Of a DNA stretch of 64,000 nt, positions 40,474 through 54,400 are shown piece after piece; position 1 is the first letter of the stretch; every line of letters starts with the position of its first letter. The notes under the pieces are model-generated. The model ran no database searches, was not told the origin of the DNA, and was given only the letters and a program-made list of their open reading frames with translations. A program made the translations under genes and the position numbers. This DNA comes from Octopus sinensis. Taxonomy: Eukaryota. The DNA lies in contig NW_021833060.1 of the NCBI RefSeq assembly GCF_006345805.1, forward strand, positions 1 to 64,000, written 5' to 3'.

Positions 40474-41298
40474 CAATATTACAAGCACTTTAGAATTCAG
40501 TGTGAATCAGGAAAAAACTGATGCATCATGACATTTCTTCTCATACATAGACTTTACACTGTTAAATATTTTAGATGATGTCAATATCAATGCAGATCTT
40601 CCTGTTGACATACAATGAATCAATATATTGTTATAAATATTTCTTTTACCTCCAATTATCATCATCATCATCATCATCGTATAACGTCCGTTTTCCATGC
40701 TGGCATGGGTTTGACAGTTTGATTGAGGTCTGGAAATCCAATGGCTGCACCAGGCTCCAATCTAATGTAGCAATGTTTCTATAGGTGGATGCCCTTCCAA
40801 ATGCCAACCACTCCAAGAGTGTAGTGGGTGCTTTCTACATGCCACTAGTACAGGAGCCAGTTAGGCAGGCCTGGTATCAATCCTGTTTGGATAGTGCTTT
40901 TTACGTACTGCCAGCATGGGAGCCAGTCAGGGGGCACTGGCATCAGCCATGTTCAGATGGTACTTTCTACAAGCCACCAGCATGGGAGTAGGTCAGGGGA
41001 CACTAGCATCGACCACATTCAGATTGTACTTTTTATGTGCTACTGGCATGGGAGACAGTCAGGGTGCACTGGCATCTACCATGTGTGGATGATGAATTTT
41101 GCATGCCACTGAAATGGGAGCCAGTCAGGGGCCACTGGCCACAGCTACGATTTTCATTTTACTTGACTCAACAGGTTTTCTCAAGCATATCATATCACCT
41201 GACGCATCAAGCGTACTTTTCAAATGGGCCAGACATGCAACACTGGCACTGGCCATGGCTGCAATCTCACTTTATATATATATATATATATGTATGTA

Positions 41299-41333
<35 letters not shown>

Positions 41334-44300
41334 ATGTACACACACACACACACACTTGTATATCTGTTACAAACCAAAGAGGGAACCTATACATGGTCAC
41401 TCAACTTGCTAGATGTAGCATAGCCATCATATATCATTTACCAAAAAATACATATGTGGTTTGTACCCAACCAATGGACCTCTTTGTCACTTCTGTTTCA
41501 AATTTCTGCTTCAAATATCTAACCTCAAAATAAATGTTATAAATACCCTTTTTATACTCTTCAAATGTCTGAATCATCATTAAAAACAAATAGGTAATAA
41601 TGTTAAGAAGCAACTAAAGAGAGTACCATCTTTTTTCGCTGTTTGATATTTTAAAACACTACAGTAAGATCATGGCTTTATACCCCCCCCCCCCCCGAAT
41701 AATGACGTGTCATTGCAAGTGAAAGATATAAAACATGATCAACCAGCTTATTGTTTCATCAATATTTCATTTGTTTAAAAGTATCAATGTATTTTATATT
41801 ATTGCGAGATGATAGTCACTTCTAACCAAACCAGTTCTTCTGGATGAATTAACATTGTATATTGTATATTATATATACTGTCTTTTGTAATAACATCATG
41901 TTTTATGGGAAAGATAACATCCTTCTGACACTTTGAAGCAGCAGCTGATTATATAGTCTATATCTTGTTGCTATGCAATGTTGGCACAATAAATATTTGA
42001 TAACATATATCTATTTGAAAGCATTGTTTACAGAGGCAAGTTTTGTCACATTCTGCTGTCATAACATACAAAGACAGCAATACATTTACTTCATATTAGC
42101 CTCTAAGAGGAAAGTAATGTTGCTGAAAATTATGAGAACTTCAACTTGTAACAAAGACAATTTAATAATCTTCAAGGCCTAGGTTTAGGTAAAGATACTG
42201 AATTTAAAAAATGCTATGACTGTAACCACTGTATAAATGAATTTCTATCTTGATCTGACCTTGGACTTGACTGTATATTGAGATTATAAAAAGTCATAGC
42301 ATTACAATAAACAATGGTCTATCTTTCTTCCTTCTCCATGATATTAAAACACATTTGGAAGAAGGTTGTGAACAAGATTCATAAAAATAAAACACATCGC
42401 TACACTGAGATTAAAAATAATTCCATCTCTAGCGATAAAACTTTTTCATTTTGTTTTGTATTTTTAATTAGTTTGAACAATAAAATTTGTGCATTTGTAC
42501 ATCTTTTCCATGCTTGTATTGGCTGCACAGAACATATATATATATTTCATTATCATCATTTAACATCCGTTTTCCATGCTGGCATGTGTAGGACCGTTTG
42601 ATAGGAGCTGGCCAGCTGAAGAGCTGCACAAGGCTCCAAGGCTATTTTGTCATGGTTTCTTACAGCTAGATATCCTTCCTAATGCCAATCACTTTATAGA
42701 GTGTTTGGAGTGCTTTTATGTAGCTCCAGCACAAGTGCATTTACATAGTACCAGTATAGGTGCTTTTTACATGGGACTAGCACCTATAAGCCTATGTGAC
42801 TAGGAATGTACAGCTAGAGAGGGATGCAGCATTCATACCTGTATGCAAGGACAGCCACAATTTTGCTTAGCTTGATGTGTCTTCTCAAGCACAGCAAACC
42901 TCCAGGAGTCTCAGTCCCCTGTCATCCCAGAGACTCCTATGCTTATATTGAATATTGAGAATGAGTGCTCAACCATGCGTTGGTGGATGAATTTTTTTCA
43001 TTTATGAGTTAACAAAGATACCAATTGTTTCATGTGAAGAGATCCTCATATTTGTTCCAAAATGGAGATAAGTACCAACACTTCCATGTGGTTCACTTTA
43101 ACAACTGTGAAAATCTCTTCACTGGCAGCCTTGTTAACCTACAAATAAAGTGTGTGTGTGTGTGTGTGTATAATCACTGTAATGACATGAATGTTGGATT
43201 TTGTTATACATTGTTGATTACAATGTGCTTCCTTGGACTGTTGTAGCTTACGAATGATGCCACCCCACTGGCCAGGTGGGCAAGCCAACATTCCACCTGA
43301 ATGGGACACTAGTCCACTGCAGGATTACACATTTACAGCTGAGTGGACTGGAGCAACATGAAATGATGTGTTTTGCTCAAGAACACAATGCACCACTGGT
43401 CCAAGAATCAAAATCACAATTTTGCAATCGTGTACAACACCATAACAACTGGGACATGTGGTTACACACACACATGTTTGTGTGTGTATTTATTTTCATG
43501 GCGATATGATTGAGAAGTTCACTTCCCAACCATGTGATTTTGGTTTCATGGCACTTCAGGTCAGCGTTCTCCAACTATAGTTCTGAGCTGACCAAAGCTT
43601 TGTGGGCAAATTGTTGGCCACAAACATCATCATCATCATACAAGTGATATCATTAGTTTGCAATCTTCTATGAAAACATGTCCAGTCCATATGTTGTTTG
43701 AAGAATTAAAGGAAATTTTACCTTGCTTTGATACAGTTGAGGGTTGGTGATTGCAAAAGCATCCAGCTACATATAATTTACCTCAACAAAAAATGACAGT
43801 AGTCCATAAACAATCATTAACAATGTGCTGCATGGCTGACAGAGAGACTTAACTCTGAAATGCCCAGTTCACTTAAATGCAAGTAGAAACTACTAAGTAC
43901 TAGTACTATACTAAGGTTGACTGTATTAGTTCTATGACTTCTCCTCTGGTACTTATAGAAGTGAAATGGCAGTGTGTACATGACATGAGCTATGAGTGGG
44001 TTGAGTCTGTTTCAAGAGGTTTTGCAGTGTTTCAGAGTAGAATGTTTTATTGGTCATTATCAAAGTTCATTTAGATGTTGGGAATAGATACCAAATTATC
44101 TAGAAATGTTACTTATCCAGGAGAGAAGATTTCTCTGTTGTCTGTTTCATCATAAGTCTGTTTCAAGTGTTTTTGCCGTGTTTCAGAATAGAATGTTTTA
44201 TTGTACATTATCAAAGTTCATTTATATGTTGGGAATAGATATCAAATTATCTAGAAATGTTACTTATCCAGGACAGAAGATTTCTCTATTGTCTGTTTAA

Positions 44301-45423
44301 TATCATAAAGCTGGCAATATGCATCAGCCCTTTAATGTTCATTATGGTTAAAGATGTATTTACATTTTCACATTTGGTCTGGTAAGTAGACGTTTACATT
44401 GTAAACTTCATTACACAAATTGTTACATTACAACCCTTTCTCATCAATTGACCATACATCTACAGCAAGGAGTCATTACAGTTCATTATAATGCAGTACA
44501 CAAAATAAAACTAAAAATTAAACACAAACTGAAGGAAACATACATAGATATATCATGAGTAAAAATGTTGTATCATGTACTCTAAATCCAGTGATCTAAC
44601 ATAGCTAAATTATATTTTTTTGTTGTTATTTCTGTGAACTGGAAAAATAATGTAAAAGTGAAAGCAACTTACCACTAAAATTGCAAGATACCAAAATGCA
44701 ACCACTGCTAAGGACAGCATTATTCTATACCATGGTACATGTTTCATTTTAAATTCTACTGTAAAATTCCTGAAGAAGCAATAAATGAAAACTTGTTAAA
44801 CATTATGTAGAATTGAAAATCATCTTGTGGTTTGTTTTGGATTTTGTTTGTGCTTTTACTTCTTGGGTGTGGTGGAAAGGGCAGTGTCCCTGGCCTTCAC
44901 AGGTCCTTCAGCTATAGATTAGTGGTTCTCAAATGGGGTCCACATGACCCTTGGGGGTCTACATAAGATTTTGTTGCTAAAATTATGTGCAATAAATTGA
45001 TTATACTTCTACAATAAACAAAACATTTTAAGAATTTTTTAATATAATTCTTAATATTATTTAATTATAAAAATATAATAAGATTTTTAAAACTTCAAAT
45101 GATTATGAGGGCCCATCTGAATAAAATAGGAAAGAAAAGGGTCCATAGGTAAAAAATGCTTGAGAACCACTGTTCTATAGCAATGAAACTAAAACCATTA
45201 ATGTTTGCATTGAAACAAATCCAGAGAGCCAATGTGTATTTGGATGGATCAGACCGAATTTGTTGAGGCAGAATTTTCTACAAACAGACGCCTTTTCTAT
45301 GGCCAGCTCTCACCTGTTTCTAGGCTAGGTAATATTTCCTATGGTCAGATATGTTATTCCAAAGAAGACTGGAAATGAACAGTATTGCATGACGATGATG
45401 TTTGACAAAGGTACACACACACA

Positions 45424-45454
<31 letters not shown>

Positions 45455-47346
45455 TGGAGGATGTCTTTCAGTTTCTGTCAGCCAAATCCACTCACAAGAT
45501 TTTGATTGGCTCAGAGCTATAGACACTTGCCCAAGGTGCAGACAGTGGGACTGAACTCAAGACACATGGTTGGAAAGCAAGCTTCTTAACCACACAGCCA
45601 TGTTTGCACCTATTATAAATATTTTCTGGGTAGTAAAGTTATATTTTGGAATATTTCAACCTAATTTACATTTCCTTAAACAATTCCAGATGTGAAAGGT
45701 TCCTTTGAGAATATAACTCAGAAAATATACAAATATGATTTTATTCTGTTGATCTGTACTTCAAATTGTTGTCTTTTGTAATCTAGTGGTAGTTGGTTAA
45801 AACAGGATGAAGTCTCATAAAATGCACTGCTACTGAGAACAATAATCTCATTTATGAACCACCCCACTCTACACCCAACCTTCAACCCTACCTGATCTTT
45901 ACAGATGTTGCCTAACTCCCTTTCCCTTTTCTATTCCCCCATCTCTTGCTCCACTCCTACACTCCTACAAACCACCCATCCACACTCATATTTCTTTGGT
46001 CCCCAGTCCTACTCACTTAGTACCTTTGTGCCTTGAGGAGCCACCAGAACATCTCATCACCACTATTTATTTTTTAGCAGCTTGTATTGATAGTTTTCAC
46101 CCTTTTTTCTCAATATAAATAACTATATAGTTCCTCCAAAGCAAGAAACTGCTTTGTGCACTCTCTCATACTTTAAACCATTATCTCCTAGTATAAAACC
46201 AATCTCCCACCCCTCAGGGTTTATAGTCTTTCAAGCAGCATGGTGATCCTAATAAAGCTGGTGACTTGTAAAAAGCATCCAGTACATGCTGTAAAGTGGT
46301 TGGTTTTAGGAAGGGCATCCAGCCATAAAAACCAAGCTAAGCAGACACTGGAGCTCGTCAGATTTTGACAAACTGCCCAGGAACATGGAGATTAAATGAT
46401 GATGATGATGATAGCATCAGTAGATACAGAGAAAGAAAAAAAGAAAATTTAGAAAAATGATGATGAGCCCTAACAATGGCATAATGCTGAGAATTCTGCA
46501 AAGATTATTATACTTCACTTGGGATAAAAGTGAAATATGGACAAAATTAAATCCTGAAGGGTATTTAAGGTAGTGCTTCATCATCATAATATTGTTAACA
46601 ATAGTGGTTATGTTGATACTTATCTTTTGTTGTTCTCATACAGGATTCTTTAACTTAGCAGTATGTTTGTTTAACATACAGAAAAAAACTAAAATTTGAC
46701 CTCAAATGTATTCAGACTAAGTGATCTAAGGATTATCGCTATTTTCTCTAGTATTTCAGTTATTGTTCCTTAATCTTTTGTGTTCTACCTTATATAAATG
46801 GGTTACCCCTAAAGTCCATCACTCAGTTGTTGCTCACATTTATTGTGTATATGCAAATCAGATATGCAACTTACACTCAGAAATTTACGCACCATAGCTG
46901 ATGGCAGAAAAGAAGCAAAGGCATATTAGATGCACCACATTTTCAACAGCAAATACTAAGGAAAATATTTTTAGTACATTAAAGCTTTTGGGAGACCCAA
47001 CATTATCATGTAATGCCTTACTTTTCCATCTGTTATGCAGCTCTGAGATTCCATTTGATTTGGTTTGTGCTTTTGTTTGTTTTGTTGTCACAATAGTTTC
47101 TTCTGTTCCATCAAGTTGTGTTTCAGTCTCAGTGATTTTTTAAATATATTTCTTTGCACCTTCTGATATTGGGTGTAGATTCTTAGAACTTTCATACTTG
47201 TAGACAAGTTTAAGCACCCAGTCATCGGTGTTCTTTAGATGGGCATCTACTCCTATAATTACTGACTTAAGAGACTGTTGCAGCTGCATCAGACCACATC
47301 CTCCATCCTGCTGTGGGATGACTACTACTACTACTACTACTACTAT

Positions 47347-47380
<34 letters not shown>

Positions 47381-48054
47381 GTTACTGCTACAGCTGCTAC
47401 TACTACTACTACTTCGCTAGTGCATGTTAATTTAGTTAGAAGTTATTTTATCTTGAGGTTTAGTAACAAGTCTCCTCAAATCTTGAGAATCTTCCTTAGA
47501 ATTATTGCAGAAGATAGGATGGTACGTTTCTGCAGGTCAACAATGTGAGTTTTAATATCATCATCATCATCATCATCATCACCACCACTGCCGTCACCGC
47601 TGCTGCCACCACCATCATCACCATCGTCCACAGCCAGCAGACTAAAGTGACACTTATTTACTGGTGATGCTTCAAGAACCCTGCAAAGATTCTTGCAGTT
47701 CCAAGCAATGCTGATTTATGTAGGTGTTCTGCCTTCACACTTGCACCAGTCTTTTTCAGGTATAATCCCACGTCATGGTACTACGTACAAGTGGCTTCTG
47801 CTGTTGCCCCGGGCTAACCAATGTCTTGAGAGTGGATTTGGCAGATGGAAACTGAAAAAAGTCCATCATATATATATTCTTTTATTTGTTTCAATCATTT
47901 GGCTGTGGCCATGCTGGAACACTACTTTTTACTGGACAAATTTGTTAGCCTAGTACTTATTCTATCATTCATTTTGCCAAACTGCTAAGTTACAGGGATG
48001 TAAACACACCAATATCGGTTGTCAAGAGATAGTAGGGAGACAAACACAGATGCA

Positions 48055-48103
<49 letters not shown>

Positions 48104-48417
48104 TTTTATATATATACAACAGGCGTCTTTCAGTTTCTGTCTACCAAATCCACTCACAAGGCTTTGTTGGCCTGAGGCTATAGTACAAATGTGACAAGGC
48201 TAGCCCCTGGAAATACAGGTACTAATCATTTTTGCCAGCTGAATGGACCGGAGTAATGTGAAATATAATGTCTTGCTCAAAGAAACAATGTGCTGCTAGG
48301 AATCAAACTTGTGACCCTACAATCGCGAGCTGAATTCCCTAACCACTAGGCCATGCACGATATATATATATATATATATATACATATCATCATCATCATC
48401 ATCACATATATATATAT

Positions 48418-48475
<58 letters not shown>

Positions 48476-51400
48476 ATATATATATACGTATATATAAATA
48501 TATAAATATATATATATATATACTGGTGTCACATAAATGTACCCATAAAAACTCTCAGAGTGGTTGGCATTAGGAAGGGCATCCAACCATAGAAAACCAT
48601 GGCAAATCAGACTAGATTCTGGTGCAGCATTCCAGCGTGCAAGCCCAGTCAAATAGTCCAACCCATGCCAGCATGGGCAATGGACATTAAATGATGATGA
48701 TGGCCCAGTGGTTAAGGTGTTGCACTCATGAGCGAAAGATCCATGGGTGTGATTGCAAAACAGGGAAGTGCATTATGTTTTTCAGCAAAACACTTCATCT
48801 CACATTGCTCTGCAATTTCTTTGATACATATGCACAGCACACTATGCACCTGTACAGGTAATGTCAGTTTGATGGAGGAAGTGAGCTAATTTATAACAAC
48901 AAACTTTTGATCACTATAAACAAATTATCTGTGCAGGTTATTCAGCAAGGAACTGCAGAACTGCCTTCCTGAATCTGAGAGACAAACAGTGTTTGTGCAT
49001 GTGTGTGTGTGTGCGCACGCATGCGTATGTGCATGTGTCTGTCTATCTGTCTCCTTGTCTTGACATTGCAAGATAGTTAAAGACAAGCAGAGTCCTTCGT
49101 TTCTAGTCTTCCATGAAAACAAGTTCAGGCATGGGGAAATATCTTGCTTGGGAACAGGAAAGGGTTGAGTGACAGAAGGGTATCTGGCCATAGAAAATCT
49201 ACCTCAACAAATTACATCTGACCTACACGAGCACAAACTAGACATTAAATCAATGATGATAACAATGAAGATGAATCATCTGCATGCAGCATTTCCTGAT
49301 AGATACAAAATAAATTGACCTTCAAGGCCATCAGAGAGGTAAATGACTGGTTTGGCTTTACAAATGTAAATGGCTGAAGAGAATCCATAATTAACAGATT
49401 AAAAGATTTTGATTAAATATTTAATACTTTGAGTTGCTAAACAAAAAAGTTTAATAAATTTGTAAGTATGGTACCAAGTATGTGTTGTACTGTAATGATG
49501 ATACAGGTATAATCAAATGTACCTTCAAACTAATTCCCTACAATTAAATTTTTCTTGGAGTTGAATCAAACAGCATTAAAAACGTATAATTTAGAGAGAA
49601 ATTAGTCTAATATTTATTTTTGTGATAACTGTGAAGTTACAGAGAGGGCATTCTTTCTATAACAAAAATAAAATAATAGAAATAACTATCAGAAATAAAT
49701 AGTGACAATTCAACATTAGTTTTTATATCAAATATGCATATTTTGATGGTTTTAGACACAGATTAGTGAAATAATTATATCTTTACAGTTATATCTATCT
49801 TTGAACATTACTCTTCTTAAACCCAAGCTCCATTAAACAAATCTTAATCCTATAATATCATAGCTTTCTTAGACAATCTGCAAGCATCAACCACTAACTA
49901 AAGATATTTTAGCTCAGTTTTCACCTCCTATTCTTATTACACCATTGTATTTATTACTTGAGATTTTCCTTAAAATTTGCTCATTCAAAGTTATTGTCTA
50001 GGTGCTGGTGTAGCTGTGTGGTAAGAAATTTGCTTCCCAACCACATGGCTCCAGGTTCATTCCCACTGAGTAGCACTTTGGGCAAGTGTCTTCTACTATA
50101 GCCCTAAGCCAACCGAAGCCTTGTGAGTGGATTTGGAAGATGGAAACTGAAAACAAGCCCTTCATATAGATTTGTGTGTGTGTATTTGTCCCACTGCAAC
50201 TGTTTGACAACTGGCAGTTTCTGTACATTCACATAAAGTAGCAGTTTGGCAACAGAGAGTAGGAAAATATGAGTAGAAACCACGTAAAAAGCAGCCATGC
50301 TGGTACCACATAGACATCGTGCATGCCAGTACCATGAAAAAGCAACCATGTCGGCACCATATAAAAAGCACCTACTTTGCACCATGTAAAAGTTGACCTT
50401 GGCCAGGGCCAGATTTATAGGGGTGTGGAGGGGGCAATTGCCTCAGGCATCTAGGTATTTGTGTGGGGGGTGGGGTTGCTAGGAAAGGTATATAGAAATC
50501 AATACAGGAAGACCAACCACCTCTCAGTAATCAGGTATGATGAGGCTCTCTTTCAATATACAAAGGTTTCTTGACTTCTTAAAAAATGGAATGGATTCTC
50601 TTTCATGATAAATACCCATAGATTTTTGCAACTGCAGAGACACCAAATAAGCCAATTAAAACACAACTTACCCAGTCCCAAAGCACTTACAATTTCCCTT
50701 TCGGAATTGTAGCTGTTTTGGGGACAACAGATAAAAGGGAAACAACAGAACACTCCTGAATGTGTGTGTGATTGTGTGCGTGTGTGTATGTGTGTGCATG
50801 TGTGTGTGTATGTATGTATGTATCTGTGAGTATAAAGAAATTTTTCCTCAAAATATTTGGATAATTTTTAGCAAAAAAGCTATAAAGAATATTTTATGTT
50901 GAGTTTTTAGACTTACTGGTGTTTCATTATTTTCATATTATGAGCTATTTTATCTTCCTCATCTTTCATTTGACCAAGATATTTTAAATTTTGTTGCATT
51001 TCTGATGTCTAAGGATGGATGTATGACTATTTTTTCAAAATTAATTCTGGGGAACTGGAAGGGCATATTTACTGTGTCATGTCTTACCCATTTTTCCCTG
51101 CCTAAATTTGTCTTTTATATGCTCAAATAGAATAGTGATAATTTTCTGAAATAGTGTTCTGAATATGTTATAGGCTTTACTGCATTTAGAGAAGATCTTT
51201 ACTTCGCTGATATAGTTTTCGCAAGGTAGTGAACATTTGTAAAAAATATATTGCATTTAATGATACTGCAGAAATACTTGGAGACACCACTACAAAAGGT
51301 TGCTAAATGAAGAGAATGAATGGGAGAAAACGAGTCAGCAAAATGTTGATTCAATAGTAGGACCAGCTATTCAAATTGACAGTACCTTGGTAGATAAAGC

Positions 51401-54400
51401 AATTACGGGTATGAAGACAGGGAAAGCCCCTGGCCCATCAGGAATCCTTGCCGAGATGCTCAAAATATCTGGCAGTGTAGACTATAGTCTAGTCACCCGT
51501 ATAGGCAACCAGGTGATACATGAAGGAGACATACCCAATGACTGGTGTAGCAGCACCATAGTCAACTGCTACAAAGGTAAAGGTTATGCATTAGATAGGA
51601 ATAATTACAAAGGTATCAAATTGTTGGATCAGGTGTTGAAAGTCACAGAGAGGGTGATAACCCAACTAAATAGGGAGAAAATTAGTTTAGATGAGATGAA
51701 GTTTGGGTTTGTGCCAGGGAAAAGTACCACTGATGCTATGTGTCTGATAAGACAGCTACAGGAGAAATTCCCAGCCAAAGATAAACCTCTGTACTTGGCT
51801 TTCATTGACATGGAGAAAACCTTTGACAGGGTTCCACGATCCCTTATTTGGTAGTCAATGCAGAAACTAGGAACAGATAGTGGTTGGTGAGAGCTGTACA
51901 AGCCATGGACAGGGATGGTGTGGAGTAAGGTTAGGGTTGGCAATGAGTATGGTGAAGAATTCTGGGTAGGAGTCCAACAAGGATCAGTCCTCAGCCCCCT
52001 CTTATTCATCATTGTCCTCCAGGCAATAATAGAGGAATTGAAAACAGGCTGCCTCTGGGAGCTACTCTATGCTGATGACCTTGCTCTGATAGCTGAGTCA
52101 CTACCAGAACTAGTGAGGTTTCAGGTGAGGAAGCAAGGTCTAGAAACGAAGGCCCTTAAAGTCAATCTAGCAAAAACAAAAGTCTTAATAAGTAGGAAGG
52201 CAGACAAATCACAAATCCCTTCAGGTAGATGGCCCTGCTTTATCTGTAGAAACTCCATAAGATGTACCTGGGGTAAGCTATGGATACATAACAGGTGCAG
52301 CAATACCAAAGGAAAGTTAACTGAGAAGATAGTTTTTGTGTGTGGCAGATGCACAGGAGTAATAAACACTAAAGATGTACAGAAAGCAGATTCCATCACA
52401 TGTCAGGGGGAAAAACTAAAAGTAGTTGAAAGCTTCTGTTACCTAGATGACCAAGTCAGTAGTGGGGGTGGACGCTCTGAGAGCATAGCTACTAGAATAA
52501 GAATAGCCTGGGAAAAGTTCAGAGAGCTCCTATCTCTGCTGGTAACAAAGGGCCTCTCGTTCAGAGTGAAAGGTAGACTGCATGATGCATGTGTGTGAAC
52601 AGCCATGCTACATGGCAGTAAAACATGGGCTGTGACTGCTGAGGACATGTGTAGGCTTGAAAGACATGAAGCTAGTATGCTCCATTGGATGAGTAATGTC
52701 AGTCTGCATACACGACAAAGTGAAAGTGCCCTGAGTCAAAAGTTAGACATAAGAAGCATCAGATGTATTGTGCAAAAGAGACTACTGCGCTAGTATAGTC
52801 ATGTGTTGCATATGGATGAGGACAGCTGTGTGAAGAAGTGTCACACCCTAACAGTGGAGGGAACCTGTGGAAGAGGTAGACCCAGGAACACATGTGATGA
52901 GGTGGTGAAGCAAGACTGTCAGACATTGGGGCTCACAAACCATTGAACCCATGCCAGCATGGAAAGCCGAAGTTAAACAATGATGATGATGATATTTACT
53001 TCAAAGTCAAAAATGCAGTAATTATTACTCATTGTGCCCCACCTACACTTACTGGAAACTGGAAAAGCAGACTTTTGGAAATAGGTGTTTGAATTTCTCG
53101 GTTTTTGTCTCTACCCATGGTCCCACCCACAATCATCATACCTTTGGAACAACAAATGATTTTTTTCTTTTTCATAATTTTCTGTCATTTTATCTTATTT
53201 TACCAGGTGGTGCTATTAAGTTAGACATGGCCTGGGCCTATACTGGCCAAAAGTTATCAAAGTTACATTCTGAAACATATGTAACTCACATTAAAAGAAA
53301 AAAACTCTTACCCCACTCTTTTCTCCTTCATTGTACTTTTCAAAATGAAGGAAAAGTCAAACATTGCAAGTGGATGTGTGAACAACAAAATTTGAATTCT
53401 GAAAAACTGTATCTATAAAGCGACATTTTCAGTCATTTATTTTCAGTTTCTCCACTAACTCATGAAATTCAATTATTTGAAATAGATGGGTTTTGAGATT
53501 TAAATATGGTAATTTTCTAAGATTTCAATTCTTGTGTATAAGGAGCCCACTGAACATGAAGTGCCGTGCCCCCCTCCTCCCCCCTGCACCACCTCCACCA
53601 TGGTTTAAATCCAGTCTTGACCTCGGTAGTATTTGAACTCAGAATGTAAAAAAGCAGAAAAAATATCACGAAGCATCTCGTCCGGTGCAATAACAATTCT
53701 GCCCACTTGCAACTCTATTATATAACATAATGACGAAGATAATTTCTAATTTTTGCGAATTACTACCAGCTCACAAAAGAAATTTAAAAATCTGATTTCA
53801 CATAACCTCAGTATATATGAACATTCTTTGTGGCTGTCGTTTAATACATTCTCATCTTTCAGTTTAGAGCAGCAAATATCAGAACTATACTTTAATCAGT
53901 CTGTTTCTTAATTCAGTTGAAAGCATGCCAAAATTTTTTAATGCATTCTCTCCAAAGTCCTAGGTAACATGCTACAAATAGGAAGTCCTTTTAGATAATA
54001 TCTTTGATGGCAACATTTCAGAATGCATAGATCTTCTATCAGTCAATGCTGATCATATATCTACAATATATACGTGTAGGTTTGAGCAAGTGTTCTTGAA
54101 AATAAAACTAGCAATTGCCCATGCATGCAAGTCGATCCATACAACTAGTGTTTATCCAAAAGAAAGATTGCTTATTTTGGCCAATACAGCTTGGAACCAG
54201 TTCCAATGCAGGCATTGCTATCAAAACACAAAAAAGTTTATACAGATTCCACAAGAATTTCACCCAATTGTCTAACACTTTCACCAAGTCATCTTCCTCG
54301 ATTGATGCTTCTTTATTGGTCCCAAAAGAATGAAAGGCTAAGTTGACCTAGGTGGGATTTGAACTCACAGTGCAGAGAGTCAGAATAGATACTGTGAGGA

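Noticed and set aside
40840-41140. Regularly spaced repeats resembling a CRISPR array
   Set aside because: Whole units including the spacers are similar; these are subrepeats of an RTE 3' UTR in eukaryotic DNA with no cas genes
46869-47091. GTAAGT donor next to a minus-strand ORF, suggesting an extra GDPD exon
   Set aside because: The ORF is an R4/Dong-like retrotransposon remnant with a stop before the donor
47228-47548. Poly-Thr mucin-like ORF
   Set aside because: Translation of a (CTA)n microsatellite between antisense retrotransposon fragments
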